Below, in pieces: positions 11,301 through 21,991 of a stretch of 64,000 nt of DNA. The notes beneath the pieces were generated by a model. It saw only the letters and a program-made list of their open reading frames with translations. It was not told where the DNA came from and did no database searches. This DNA comes from Anaerolineae bacterium (GTDB lineage: Bacteria > Chloroflexota > Anaerolineae > UBA1429), in contig OY776562.1 of the NCBI GenBank assembly GCA_963675785.1, positions 2,400,001 to 2,464,000 on the forward strand, written 5' to 3'. Each line of letters begins with the position of its first letter. Position 1 is the stretch's first letter. A program made the translations under genes and the position numbers.

Positions 11301-11927
11301 CTAAGCAGCCTGGCCCAGCCAGCTCTCGATCAACTCGACCGCATCCACAGGGATGATGACATACTCATACTTGAGCAGGTCGCGCACATTCAGACATCCG
11401 GCGGCAAGCGTCTTGATTTCGCCAAGGTTACGAGCAGCTTGCTCGACGTTGGCGTTTCGCTCGGCCAAAAGCACCAGAGCCGACCCATCGACACCTAGAT
11501 TGCCCAGACATACCTTCATGGCTTTGGTCTTGGCCTCAAGTGTCAGATCATCCATCACGATGATGCGCGACTCACCCGCCTTGACCGATAAAGCCGATCG
11601 CAACGCAAGCCTGCGCATCTTGCGGTTCATTTTTTGGGTGTAGAGCCGAGGACTTGCGGCAAAGACTACACCACCACCTTTAAACTGCGGGGCGCGGATG
11701 CTTCCCTGACGAGCACGACCAGTGCCCTTTTGCCGCCACGGCTTGCGTCCACCACCACTAACTTCTGCGCGTGACTTGGCTTTTTGCGTGCCAAGCCTTG
11801 CATTGGCCTGTTGCATAACAACAGCCTGATGCATAACGGCCTGATTGGGTTCGATCCCAAAAATGTCGTCTCGCAGTTCTATCTCTTTGACCGTCTCTCC
11901 GGCCACATTGCGAATCGCAACTCGCAT
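11301..11927 (-). CDS. rplD: 50S ribosomal protein L4
   Basis: VSGGGRKPWRQKGTGRARQGS. Confidence 0.98.
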   Translation of the reverse strand: MRVAIRNVAGETVKEIELRDDIFGIEPNQAVMHQAVVMQQANARLGTQKAKSRAEVSGGGRKPWRQKGTGRARQGSIRAPQFKGGGVVFAASPRLYTQKMNRKMRRLALRSALSVKAGESRIIVMDDLTLEAKTKAMKVCLGNLGVDGSALVLLAERNANVEQAARNLGEIKTLAAGCLNVRDLLKYEYVIIPVDAVELIESWLGQAA

Positions 11928-11982
11928 GATTAACTCTCCTGCGTTTCATCCAACGGTCCGCTTATCGCTGACCTCTAGTGCG

Positions 11983-12642
11983 TTACGCTTCCAGAAGACT
12001 CTTTTTCTTTGAAACTGTGGTCTTGGCAGCCTTCCGAATGAAAACCAACCCACCTTTGGGGCCAGGAATCGCGCCACGTACCGCAATCAAGTTCCTGTCA
12101 GCATCAACCAGCTGAACCGTTAGGTTGAGAACAGTCACACGGTCGTTGCCCATGTGGCCGGGGCCACGCATGCCCTTGTAAACACGCCCAGGCGTTGTGC
12201 CAGAGCCAATGGATCCCACAGCGCGGGTTCGGTCAGACTGACCATGCGTTACCGGGCCACCGCGAAAGTGATGCCGCTTGACAGCGCCAGCAAAACCCTT
12301 GCCTTTGGAGGTACCAATCACATCCACCATGTCGCCCAGCTCAAAAAGCGAAGCGTCAAGTCGTTGGCCAAGCTCATAGGTCTCAGCATCGTCCGTACGC
12401 AACTCGCGAAGCGTCTCAAGCTGAGGCAGATCACCTAGGTGACCACGCTCTGGCTTGTTCAAGCGCTTGGCATTGCCAAAGCCCATCTGCACCGCATCGT
12501 ATCCGTCTTTGGCGGTTGTTTTAACCTGCGTAACAAAGCAGGGTCCAACCTCAACGACGGTAACCGGTACTGCTTCACCGGACTCGGTAATGAGCTGCGT
12601 CATACCGATTTTTTTACCGATCAATCCTTGTCGTTTTGCCAT
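11983..12642 (-). CDS. rplC: 50S ribosomal protein L3
   Basis: GKKIGMTQ, SKGKGFAG, PGRVYKG. Confidence 0.98.
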   Translation of the reverse strand: MAKRQGLIGKKIGMTQLITESGEAVPVTVVEVGPCFVTQVKTTAKDGYDAVQMGFGNAKRLNKPERGHLGDLPQLETLRELRTDDAETYELGQRLDASLFELGDMVDVIGTSKGKGFAGAVKRHHFRGGPVTHGQSDRTRAVGSIGSGTTPGRVYKGMRGPGHMGNDRVTVLNLTVQLVDADRNLIAVRGAIPGPKGGLVFIRKAAKTTVSKKKSLLEA

Positions 12643-12759
12643 CTCTCTTCTCCGGGAGCTTACCGACAGCCACGGCGTGAGCCGTAGGGCTGCAAGTGAT
12701 GCTCACTTTCCCCCATTGTTTCAAGGGATGACGCGACCAGCGCATCATCCAGATTCGTA

Positions 12760-13071
12760 CTACAACTTGATCTCAATATCGACGCCTGCAGGCAAATCCA
12801 GGCGCATCAAAGCATCAACCGTCTTGGGGTTCGGATCAAGCACGTCAATAAGGCGCTTGTGCGTCCGAATCTCCAGAGCCTCACGAGAGTCTCGGTCGAT
12901 AAATGGCGATCGCGCGACAGAAAACTTTTCGATGCGCGTAGGAAGGGGCACTGGGCCCACCACTGCTGCACCTGAACGCTCTGCTGACTCGACAATCTGT
13001 TGGGCTGACTGATCGAGCACGCGATGGTCATAAGCTTTGAGTCGAATCCTAATACGCTGTTGCTTGGCCAT
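12760..13071 (-). CDS. rpsJ: 30S ribosomal protein S10
   Basis: [25 protein letters not shown]; start at the ATG of MAKQQ. Confidence 0.97.
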   Translation of the reverse strand: MAKQQRIRIRLKAYDHRVLDQSAQQIVESAERSGAAVVGPVPLPTRIEKFSVARSPFIDRDSREALEIRTHKRLIDVLDPNPKTVDALMRLDLPAGVDIEIKL

Positions 13072-13147
13072 ATTCTCCCATGGGCAGGGTCTCCTCAACG
13101 CGAGGATCCCCTAACGCCCAACCTCCTTGTCAGCTATTCGCTCAGTC

Positions 13148-14350
13148 TTACTCGATGATCTTGGTGAGAACGCCCGAACCCACTGTGCGGCCGCCCTCTC
13201 GAATCGCAAAGTGCGAGCCTATCTCCAGCGCCACCGGCGTGATCAACTCTACTGTCAGGTTCGCATTGTCCCCCGGCATTACCATCTCTACGCCTTCGTC
13301 CAACCGCACTTCACCCGTTACGTCCATCGTCCGAATAAAGAACTGCGGACGATATCCATCAAAGAATGGCGTGTGACGCCCGCCTTCTTCCTTCTTCAAT
13401 ACGTATACTTCACCACGAAACGTCGTGTGCGGCGTGATCGACTTGGGCGCTGCCAGTACCTGCCCGCGCTCTACCTGCTCTCGATCTATGCCTCGCAGCA
13501 AACAACCTACGTTGTCTCCTGCCTGCCCCTGCTGCAGTGTCTTGCGGAACATCTCTACACCCGTCACTACTGTCTGACGTATGTCTTCTCGCAAACCCAC
13601 GATCTCGACTGTGTCGCCAGTCTTTACCATGCCGCGATCAATTCGACCCGTCACTACCGTGCCGCGTCCCTTGATCCCAAATACGTCCTCAATCGGCATC
13701 AGGAACGGACGATCGACTTCTCGCACCGGCGTCGGTATGTAGCTGTCTACTGCATCCATCAGCTCCAAGATCGGCGCATAGATCGGATCGTTGATATCTG
13801 TCGACTCGCACTCCAATACATCTAGCGCTGACCCGCGAATGATGGGAATGTCGTCGCCAGGAAACTCATAGTCCGTCAGCAGCTCGCGCAGCTCCAGCTC
13901 TACCAGTTCCAGCAACTCTTCGTCATCCATCATGTCGCACTTGTTCAAGAACACTACCATCGCCGGCACTTCTACCTGCCTCGCCAGCAAGATGTGCTCT
14001 CGCGTCTGTGGCATCGGCCCGTCTGGCGCACTTACTACCAGAATCGCTCCGTCCATCTGCGCCGCACCCGTAATCATGTTCTTGATATAGTCCGCGTGAC
14101 CCGGGCAGTCTACGTGCGCATAATGACGATTGTCTGTCTCGTACTCAACGTGCGAAATCGCTATCGTCAGTCCTCGCGCTTTTTCTTCCGGCGCGTTGTC
14201 GATTTGATCATACGCTTGAAACTTGGCATCACCCTTCATCGCCAATACTTTGGTGATCGCCGCTGTCAGTGATGTCTTCCCATGGTCTACGTGCCCAATC
14301 GTACCAATGTTTACGTGTGGCTTGGTACGCTCGAATACCTGCTTCGCCAT
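13148..14350 (-). CDS. tuf: Elongation factor Tu
   Basis: [27 protein letters not shown]. Confidence 0.99.
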   Translation of the reverse strand: MAKQVFERTKPHVNIGTIGHVDHGKTSLTAAITKVLAMKGDAKFQAYDQIDNAPEEKARGLTIAISHVEYETDNRHYAHVDCPGHADYIKNMITGAAQMDGAILVVSAPDGPMPQTREHILLARQVEVPAMVVFLNKCDMMDDEELLELVELELRELLTDYEFPGDDIPIIRGSALDVLECESTDINDPIYAPILELMDAVDSYIPTPVREVDRPFLMPIEDVFGIKGRGTVVTGRIDRGMVKTGDTVEIVGLREDIRQTVVTGVEMFRKTLQQGQAGDNVGCLLRGIDREQVERGQVLAAPKSITPHTTFRGEVYVLKKEEGGRHTPFFDGYRPQFFIRTMDVTGEVRLDEGVEMVMPGDNANLTVELITPVALEIGSHFAIREGGRTVGSGVLTKIIE

Positions 14351-14420
14351 CCTAATCCCCTTTCAGGTGCCGAGATCATACTCAGGCACGCGTCCACTGT
14401 TTTACAAGAGAAACCGACGA

Positions 14421-14449
14421 ATTATAACTGAACTATCTCGACAGCCCAA
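14421..14449 (-). promoter_or_regulatory. Putative sigma70 promoter for tuf and the S10 cluster
   Basis: Minus strand TTGGGC-17 bp-TATAAT in the fusA-tuf spacer. Confidence 0.6.
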
Positions 14450-14472
14450 AACGACGGACCGTACTGTAAAAT

Positions 14473-16572
14473 TTACCGATACTGGCTGATCGGACCACCC
14501 AAGATGCGTTCCACCACGTCATCGGGGGCAGGTTCATAATGATCAAACTCCATTGTAAATGCCCCACGCCCCTGAGTTGAAGATCGTATATCCGTTGCGT
14601 AACCAAACATCCCAGATAGAGGGACAAATCCATCAATGGCTTGCGTTTCGCCCGGTTGTGGCTGCATCGCCACGATCTCGCCTCGCCTACTGGTGAGATC
14701 CCCGATTACATCGCCCGTGTTCTCAGCGGGCACCGTAATCTCGACCTTCATAACAGGCTCCATCAAAGTAGGCATACCCTTACGAAGTGCCTGCTGAAAA
14801 GCCAGGGAAGCGGCTCGATAAAACGCTGCCTCGGTCGATTCTCCTTCATAAAACGTGCCATCGAGCAATGTAGCGGCGACGTTTACCAACGGATAACCAG
14901 CTAGAATCCCTGAGCTGAGAGAATCTCGCACAGCGTCCTCGACCACCTTGACCATGGTGGGCGGTACAGCCGTCTTGGAAGCTTCATTCGTAAAGATGAA
15001 TTTATCACCACCGGATGAAGGAAACACTTTGAGCACTACACGTGCCGACATGACTTTGGCACCGTGCTGGATGTGACTGTCCTCTTCACCAGTAGCAATC
15101 TTTCTTATCGTCTCTCGATAAGCAACCTGCGGCCGCCCTACTTTGGCATCGACATGGAATTCGCGCCGCACCCGCTCAACGAGAATCTCGAGGTGAAGCT
15201 CACCCATACCCGAGATGATTGTCTGGCCGGTATTCTCATCGATTGAGACCCTAAAAGTTGGGTCCTCTTCAGCAAGAGTTTCCAAAGCGGCAGCCAATTT
15301 TTTCTCGTCTGCTGCACTGCGGGGCTCGATGGCCACACGAATCACAGGCTCTGGGAAGCGGATTGCCTCCAAAAGGACAGGATTACTGGGGTCACACAGG
15401 GTCTCGCCAGTAAAGGTGAACTTGAGTCCGCCTACAGCAGCGATATCGCCTGCGGAGACCATGTCCACATCTTCACGACGCGATGCATAAACGTAGGTAA
15501 GGTGCCCAATGCGTTCTTTGCGAGACTTGATGGGGTTATATGTAGAAGAGTTCGAGGAAAGGGTGCCGGAGTAGACGCGCATGTAGGCTAACCTGCCCAA
15601 AAAGGGGTCCGTCACAATCTTGAAAACGAGCGCTGAAAAAGGCGCATCGGGATCCGCAGCACGCGATACTTTGTCGCCTGTGCGCGGATCCACCCCCATA
15701 ATAGAGGGGACCTCAAGAGGTGAAGGTAAATAGTCTACAATAGCGTCAAGAACCGGCTGTACGCCCTTGTTGCGCAGTGAAGCCCCCGCCAGAACAGGCA
15801 CTAGCCTGCCATCCAGAGTGGCCTTTCGAAGGCCAAAGCGCAATTCCTCAGAACTCAACTCCTCACCATCGAGATACTTGGCAAGAAACTCATCGTCAGT
15901 TTCAGCAACTGCCTCGACGAGCGCCTCACGCACTGCCGACACTTGTTCAACAAGGTCAGCAGGTATCTCGCGTTTCTCCGGGTCCAGTCCCAGCTCATCT
16001 GTCCAGATAAGCGCGACCTGGTCGATAACATCGACCACACCGGAAAAGGAAGCCTCAGCTCCAATAGGCACCTGTATTGCCACAGGTACAGCTTGAAGGC
16101 GATCTCGAATTGTATCAATCGAGCGCCAAAAATCGGCTCCTGTACGGTCCATCTTGTTAATGAAGCAGACACGAGGAACATGAAAACGATCTGCTTGCCG
16201 CCAAACCGTTTCGGATTGCGGCTCTACACCATGAACGGCATCAAATACGACTACGCCCCCATCCAGCACACGCAAGGAACGCTGAACTTCGGCAGTAAAA
16301 TCGATATGGCCGGGTGTATCAATGATGTTAATGCGATGATCACGCCAAAAACATGTTACTGCCGCAGATGCAATCGTGATCCCGCGTTCGCGTTCCTGCT
16401 CCATGAAATCCGTGACAGTCGTACCGTCATCTACGTTACCCAAGCGATGCGTTCGCCCGGTATAAAACAGAATACGCTCAGTTGTTGTCGTTTTGCCCGC
16501 ATCAATATGGGCTATGATCCCAATATTGCGAACACGACCTAGTTCAACGTCCCGGCTCACCACCGTGGTCAT
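14473..16572 (-). CDS. fusA: Elongation factor G family protein with divergent domain IV
   Basis: [38 protein letters not shown]; str-operon position. Confidence 0.93.
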   Translation of the reverse strand: MTTVVSRDVELGRVRNIGIIAHIDAGKTTTTERILFYTGRTHRLGNVDDGTTVTDFMEQERERGITIASAAVTCFWRDHRINIIDTPGHIDFTAEVQRSLRVLDGGVVVFDAVHGVEPQSETVWRQADRFHVPRVCFINKMDRTGADFWRSIDTIRDRLQAVPVAIQVPIGAEASFSGVVDVIDQVALIWTDELGLDPEKREIPADLVEQVSAVREALVEAVAETDDEFLAKYLDGEELSSEELRFGLRKATLDGRLVPVLAGASLRNKGVQPVLDAIVDYLPSPLEVPSIMGVDPRTGDKVSRAADPDAPFSALVFKIVTDPFLGRLAYMRVYSGTLSSNSSTYNPIKSRKERIGHLTYVYASRREDVDMVSAGDIAAVGGLKFTFTGETLCDPSNPVLLEAIRFPEPVIRVAIEPRSAADEKKLAAALETLAEEDPTFRVSIDENTGQTIISGMGELHLEILVERVRREFHVDAKVGRPQVAYRETIRKIATGEEDSHIQHGAKVMSARVVLKVFPSSGGDKFIFTNEASKTAVPPTMVKVVEDAVRDSLSSGILAGYPLVNVAATLLDGTFYEGESTEAAFYRAASLAFQQALRKGMPTLMEPVMKVEITVPAENTGDVIGDLTSRRGEIVAMQPQPGETQAIDGFVPLSGMFGYATDIRSSTQGRGAFTMEFDHYEPAPDDVVERILGGPISQYR

Positions 16573-16651
16573 CTCTGCTCCTGCCAGTATGTATTGCTAT
16601 GGACGCCAAGCGAGACACCAGATAGCTGAACCGCGCCGGTAGATTCAAAGG

Positions 16652-17122
16652 CTACCAGCGGAAATGGGCAAACGCCTTGTTCGCTTCAGCCATGCGATGT
16701 GTGTCTTCACGCTTTTTGACTGCTGAACCCGCATTATTAGCAGCATCCAACAGCTCAGCCGCAAGTTTATCAGCAAAAGTTTTGCCGTTGCGACTACGGG
16801 CTGCATTCAACAACCACCTCATCGCCAAAGACGTGCGGCGCTGCGGGCCCACTTCTACAGGCACCTGGTACGTTGCACCACCCACTCGGCGAGGTTTAAC
16901 CTCGATAGTAGGAGCAATGTTATCCATGGCCTGCTCAAAAACATCAATCGATGCCTTACCTGTTCGCTCAGATACCAAGTCAAGCGCATCATAAACGATG
17001 CCGCGAGCCGTGCTCTTTTTGCCATCAACCATTACATTGTTGATAAACTTGGCAAGAAGCTCACTGTTGTACTTGGGATCAGGCGCAACTACCCGGCGTT
17101 CGGGTCGGTAGCGTCTCGGCAT
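16652..17122 (-). CDS. rpsG: 30S ribosomal protein S7
   Basis: [23 protein letters not shown]. Confidence 0.98.
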   Translation of the reverse strand: MPRRYRPERRVVAPDPKYNSELLAKFINNVMVDGKKSTARGIVYDALDLVSERTGKASIDVFEQAMDNIAPTIEVKPRRVGGATYQVPVEVGPQRRTSLAMRWLLNAARSRNGKTFADKLAAELLDAANNAGSAVKKREDTHRMAEANKAFAHFRW

Positions 17123-17210
17123 TACTACACCCTCCGATAGATTGTGCCCAAGCCCCGCCCAAATGGCGGGAAGAGCAACCTAATCGCGGGCAACAACCCG
17201 CGCGATATTC

Positions 17211-17630
17211 CTAACGACGAGGACGTTTTGTTCCGTACTGGGAACGACCACGACCACGACCCTCAACGCCAGCTGCATCCAGCGTACCACGAACGATGTG
17301 ATAGCGAACACCAGGCAAGTCACGGACACGACCACCGCGCACAAGCACCACAGAGTGCTCTTGCAGGTTATGCCCTTCACCGGGGATATAGGCGGTAACT
17401 TCCACACCATTGGACAACCGAACACGGGCAATCTTACGAAGTGCCGAGTTCGGTTTCTTGGGCGTTACCGTGCTTACGCGTGTACATACACCACGTCGCT
17501 GCGGAGCACCTTTTTCCGAACGCGTCACAGTACCCTTTTGGCCGTTGAGGTTATAGCTCAACGCAGGCGCATTGGATTTCTTTGTTGTGCGCTTGCGGCC
17601 CTTTCGCACGAGCTGGTTAATCGTTGGCAA
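17211..17630 (-). CDS. rpsL: 30S ribosomal protein S12
   Basis: [30 protein letters not shown]. Confidence 0.98.
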   Translation of the reverse strand: MPTINQLVRKGRKRTTKKSNAPALSYNLNGQKGTVTRSEKGAPQRRGVCTRVSTVTPKKPNSALRKIARVRLSNGVEVTAYIPGEGHNLQEHSVVLVRGGRVRDLPGVRYHIVRGTLDAAGVEGRGRGRSQYGTKRPRR

Positions 17631-17683
17631 AGCAATCCTCCCTGGTTCCTTTTACGCGAGCTTTTCACTACTCACGAAGTATG

Positions 17684-17712
17684 AGTATATCCTGTCATCT
17701 ATTTCCTGTCAA
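17684..17712 (-). promoter_or_regulatory. Near-consensus sigma70 promoter of the str operon
   Basis: Minus strand TTGACA-17 bp-TATACT between the rpoB stop and rpsL. Confidence 0.85.
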
Positions 17713-17735
17713 AACAGGTCAGAGCAACGCCAAGC

Positions 17736-20700
17736 TCAGCGCATTGAGGCGCCAAAGCCCAGCCCCAAGCCCAGATTAGGCATAGTTGCAGCAGTATCAT
17801 CGTGCTTGAGCGAGACTTCTGCCCCATCGTCATCATACACGTGCACCGCCAACCCCAAGCCCTGAAGCTCTTTGATCAAGACACTGAACGATTCGGGAAC
17901 GCCGGCATCTTCGATGGGCTCTCCCTTGACGATAGCCTCATAGGTCTTGACTCGCCCCACTACATCGTCAGACTTGATGGTAAGCATCTCTTGCAGTGTG
18001 TGCGCGGCACCATAAGCCTCCAACGCCCACACTTCCATCTCGCCAAAACGCTGCCCACCAAACTGTGCCTTGCCACCCAACGGCTGCTGAGTAACCAACG
18101 AGTACGGGCCAGTAGAACGGGCATGAATTTTGTCCTGCACAAGGTGGTTCAGCTTGAGCATGTAAATGATGCCGACTGTAACTGGGCGATCAAACGTCTG
18201 GCCGGTTTTGCCATCATACAGCACCATCTTGCCGCTGGTGGGGAGTGCTGCCCCCATCTCTTTCGCCTTGGTAAGAGCCTGCTGACTTGTTTGATCGCGA
18301 GAAAGACCCTCGACATCAACGCCTTCGTCCTGAAGCCAGACGCGCAGGCAAATCTCGGTAGCATAAGTATCTACGGCTTCTCGATGAGCTATCGATGCTT
18401 TCTCATCCTCGTACATAAGTGCGTCGGCGGGGTTGTATCCCTTTTCAGCAAGCCAGCGGCTCAACCAGAAACGGCGCACACGAACCTCATCGCCAAACAG
18501 CGAGTCAATCTCGCTAAAACTCATGCCTTCTGCACCGAGCAGCCCGCCCAGATAGTTAAGCACGACTTCCGAGTCATCTCGCATAAGCGTGGTGTCGATC
18601 TCATCCTCGACCACCCAATCCCAGGCGCGAACATGCAGGTCGGCCCAGGCGCGATCCATGAGCCAAGCACGGGCCAACTCGGAGGCAATCTCATCCTCAC
18701 TGGCACCATCAGAAACCGGCGTCATTACCTTAAAGCCAAGTCGCTCTGCGGCCCAACCAAGGTGGGTCTCCAGAATCTGGCCTACGTTCATACGGCCAGG
18801 CACGCCCAGCGGGTTCAGAATAATCTGGACCGGCGTACCATCAGAAAGATAAGGCATATCCTCAATGGGAACGATGCCCGAGATAACGCCCTTGTTTCCG
18901 TGGCGACCAGCAATCTTGTCGCCTTGAACGATCTTGCGGCGCTGAGCCACGGCAACACGAACCATCTTTTCAACACCGGCAGCAAGGTCCTGGTTATCGT
19001 CACGTGTAAACACATTGACTTCGACAACCTTGCCTTCTTCGCCATGAGGCAGTTTAAGGGAGGAATCCTTCACCTCGCGCGCCTTTTCACCAAAGATCGC
19101 GCGCAAGAGCTTTTCCTCAGGTGTCAATTCGGTTTCACCCTTGGGGGTAATCTTACCGACCAAGATGTCGCCAGGACTTACTGAAGCGCCGACATAAATG
19201 ATGCCGTCTTCATCCAGATTACGCAGGGCATCTTCACCCACGTTCGGGATGTCACGTGTGATCTCTTCGGGGCCGAGCTTGGTGTCGCGGGCCTCAACCT
19301 CGTGCTTTTCGATGTGGATGGAGGTAAACATGTCCTTGCGAACACAATCCTCGCTCACAACGATAGCATCCTCATAGTTGCCGCCCTCCCAGGACATGAA
19401 CGCGCAAAGCACGTTTTGCCCAAGGGCTAGCTCACCATCTTCGGTGGCCATAGCATCAGCCAAGGCATCGCCCTTGCGAACTATGTCCCCTCGGTTTACG
19501 AGAGGTGTCTGATCCACACAGGTAGACTGGTTAGAACGAGCAAACCGGCGCAATTTGTAGACGCGCTCGCCGCTCTCCCCCTCTACCACAATCTCTTCAC
19601 CACTGGCATGCTTTACCCGGCCATCTTCAAGAGCCAACACAACCTGACCCGAGTCGACAGCAGCACGCGCTTCCATGCCCGTTCCCACAACAGGAGAGTT
19701 CGCATTCAACAACGGAACAGCCTGACGCTGCATGTTTGAGCCCATCAGAGCGCGGTTTGCATCGTCATGGTCCAAGAAGGGAATCAGAGCCGCAGAAACA
19801 CCGAACACCTGCTTGGGTGAAACGTCCATATGCATCACGCGATCGACATTTTCGATCACAAACTTGTCATAGTAGCGCGCCGAAACACGATCACCGATGA
19901 ACTGATCTAGCTCATCGAGCTCAGAGTTGGCCTGAGCCACAACGGAATTCTCTTCTTCATCAGCCGAAAGATAGAGAACGCGATCAGTTGCGTAGGGGTG
20001 TACGCGGAAAGACTCGCGATCCAAGGCGGCAAGCGCCTCGGCAGCTGCTTCCGTAATCACATCGCCGCTTTGGATAATAGTCTCGCCATTAGCATCCGAA
20101 ACAGACTCACGAATGGTACGGCCAACAAGAAAATCCTTGTCGTTCGGTGCTTCGTGTGCCACAACGCGATAGGGCGTCTCGATAAAGCCATAGTCATTGA
20201 TTTCAGCAAAGGTGGCCAAACGCACGATCAAACCGATGTTCGGGCCTTCGGGCGTCTCTACCGGACAAATGCGGCCATAGTGAGAATAGTGCACGTCGCG
20301 CACATCAAAGCCGGCGCGCTCACGACGCAAGCCGCCAGGCCCCAAAGCCGAAAGCGTGCGCTTGTGCGTCAATTCATCCAGCGGGTTGTGCTGGCTCATG
20401 AACTGAGAAAGCTGACTGCCACCAAAGAACTCGCGAACTACAGCAACAACTGGTCGAATGTTGATCAGCGAAACCGGCGAAACCTGTTCTTGATCGTGCG
20501 TGCTCATACGCTCGCGCACAACGCGCTCGGTTCGCAAAAAGCCCACACGAAGCTGATTCTGCAAAAGCTCGCCCATCGTCTTGATTCGGCGGTTGCCCAA
20601 ATGGTCGATATCATCCGGTTCGGCAAGACCGTTATCAATGCGAATAATGCGCTTGACCAGCTCGAGCACATCGCGCTTGGTTAGCGTACGAATCGCAAAG

Positions 20701-21662
20701 TCGTCAGGCCGTCCGATCCGGCGGTTCAACTTGTAGCGCCCCACACGCCCCAGATCGTACCGACGGGGGCTAAAGAGAAGCTGGTCAAGGTAGCTGGTAG
20801 CATTCTCTAGTGTGGCAGGATCACCAGGACGCATGCGCTTGTAAAAGTCGATCAGCGCATCTTCAGCAGTCGTATTTGGATCGTGCTGCAGCGTGGTAGC
20901 GATAAAAGGATGATCAGCATCCCTGTCTACATCCACAAACAGCGCGAGCAGTGCCTCATTACTCACATCATCCAACAAGGGATCCAACATCTGATCGGGC
21001 ACTGCGCCAAGAGCCTTGAGCAAAACTGTTACGGGGATCTTACGCTTGCGATCAACCTTGACAGAGATCACATCGCGCTTGCTGGTCTCAAATTCAAGCC
21101 AGGCGCCGCGATTCGGAATGAGCTTGGCCATACACAAGCGGCGTCCCGTGGTACGATCTTCTTGTGCCGTATAATAGGCGCCAGGAGAACGAATCAGCTG
21201 CGAGACTACAACGCGCTCTGCACCGTTAATGATAAAAGTCGCATTGTCAGTCATCACAGGAAAGTCGCCCATATAGACTTCCTGCACTTGCTGCTGGCCG
21301 GTTTCGGCGTTCTCAAGAAGTACCGTTACATAGAGTGGGCGAGCATAAGTCGAATCACGCTCACGACACTCGTCTTCGGAATAAGGAGGCTCATCAAAGC
21401 GAAAAGCGAGCCCCCACTCATCGTTAAATGTCTGATCAGAGCCTGGGAAATAAAGCCTGAGGTTTTTGTTAAAGCTCTCGATAGGGGATATTTCATCAAA
21501 GAGTTCTATCAAACCCTCTGAGCAGAACCAGTCATAAGATTGGCGCTGTGCCTTCTTAAGATCGGGAATCGGCACAATGTCGGGAATACGTGCATAGTTT
21601 TTGCGCTGTTTTGCACGCGCGGTACCTGAGGTTTCGGGAGCCGCCATCACCGAGATTGCCAT
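17736..21662 (-). CDS. rpoB: DNA-directed RNA polymerase beta subunit
   Basis: [47 protein letters not shown]; ATG at 21662 after AAGGAG. Confidence 0.99.
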   Translation of the reverse strand: MAISVMAAPETSGTARAKQRKNYARIPDIVPIPDLKKAQRQSYDWFCSEGLIELFDEISPIESFNKNLRLYFPGSDQTFNDEWGLAFRFDEPPYSEDECRERDSTYARPLYVTVLLENAETGQQQVQEVYMGDFPVMTDNATFIINGAERVVVSQLIRSPGAYYTAQEDRTTGRRLCMAKLIPNRGAWLEFETSKRDVISVKVDRKRKIPVTVLLKALGAVPDQMLDPLLDDVSNEALLALFVDVDRDADHPFIATTLQHDPNTTAEDALIDFYKRMRPGDPATLENATSYLDQLLFSPRRYDLGRVGRYKLNRRIGRPDDFAIRTLTKRDVLELVKRIIRIDNGLAEPDDIDHLGNRRIKTMGELLQNQLRVGFLRTERVVRERMSTHDQEQVSPVSLINIRPVVAVVREFFGGSQLSQFMSQHNPLDELTHKRTLSALGPGGLRRERAGFDVRDVHYSHYGRICPVETPEGPNIGLIVRLATFAEINDYGFIETPYRVVAHEAPNDKDFLVGRTIRESVSDANGETIIQSGDVITEAAAEALAALDRESFRVHPYATDRVLYLSADEEENSVVAQANSELDELDQFIGDRVSARYYDKFVIENVDRVMHMDVSPKQVFGVSAALIPFLDHDDANRALMGSNMQRQAVPLLNANSPVVGTGMEARAAVDSGQVVLALEDGRVKHASGEEIVVEGESGERVYKLRRFARSNQSTCVDQTPLVNRGDIVRKGDALADAMATEDGELALGQNVLCAFMSWEGGNYEDAIVVSEDCVRKDMFTSIHIEKHEVEARDTKLGPEEITRDIPNVGEDALRNLDEDGIIYVGASVSPGDILVGKITPKGETELTPEEKLLRAIFGEKAREVKDSSLKLPHGEEGKVVEVNVFTRDDNQDLAAGVEKMVRVAVAQRRKIVQGDKIAGRHGNKGVISGIVPIEDMPYLSDGTPVQIILNPLGVPGRMNVGQILETHLGWAAERLGFKVMTPVSDGASEDEIASELARAWLMDRAWADLHVRAWDWVVEDEIDTTLMRDDSEVVLNYLGGLLGAEGMSFSEIDSLFGDEVRVRRFWLSRWLAEKGYNPADALMYEDEKASIAHREAVDTYATEICLRVWLQDEGVDVEGLSRDQTSQQALTKAKEMGAALPTSGKMVLYDGKTGQTFDRPVTVGIIYMLKLNHLVQDKIHARSTGPYSLVTQQPLGGKAQFGGQRFGEMEVWALEAYGAAHTLQEMLTIKSDDVVGRVKTYEAIVKGEPIEDAGVPESFSVLIKELQGLGLAVHVYDDDGAEVSLKHDDTAATMPNLGLGLGFGASMR

Positions 21663-21884
21663 ATGCCACACACTCCTTGAGCACTAGAAGGGTCCCGCCA
21701 CCCGCGCTTTGCGGCGTGCCAGGAACACCCTGCTCACCACACCTGGCTATGGCCAGGAAATGGCTCAACGTAGAATCCGAACAGCATCCCCGAAAACGTC
21801 TACTGCCCAGACAATATGAACGCCGCGTTCAAGAAATCAGCGCGGGTTCATGAGGTATAAATACCGAAAGACTACCAAACTAAC

Positions 21885-21912
21885 ATTATACCGCTCTGAG
21901 GGATAATGTCAA
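21885..21912 (-). promoter_or_regulatory. Consensus sigma70 promoter of rpoB
   Basis: Minus strand TTGACA-16 bp-TATAAT, about 220 nt upstream of the start codon. Confidence 0.85.
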
Positions 21913-21942
21913 ATGGTTTTATCAAACCAATCACAACACACA

Positions 21943-21970
21943 TTGACCCGTTTTCTCCTCACCCTATAAT
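21943..21970 (+). promoter_or_regulatory. sigma70 promoter of the cold-shock-domain gene
   Basis: TTGACC-16 bp-TATAAT, then AAGGAG SD and ATG at 21992. Confidence 0.75.
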
Positions 21971-21991
21971 AACATCATAAGGAGACGCGCG

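Noticed and set aside
17802-19184. 460-aa plus-strand ORF antisense to rpoB, and similar long antisense ORFs (10094-11053, 26285-27322, 29232-30176, 31602-32711)
   Set aside because: They mirror well-conserved genes and have no recognisable motifs; these are shadow ORFs caused by codon bias.
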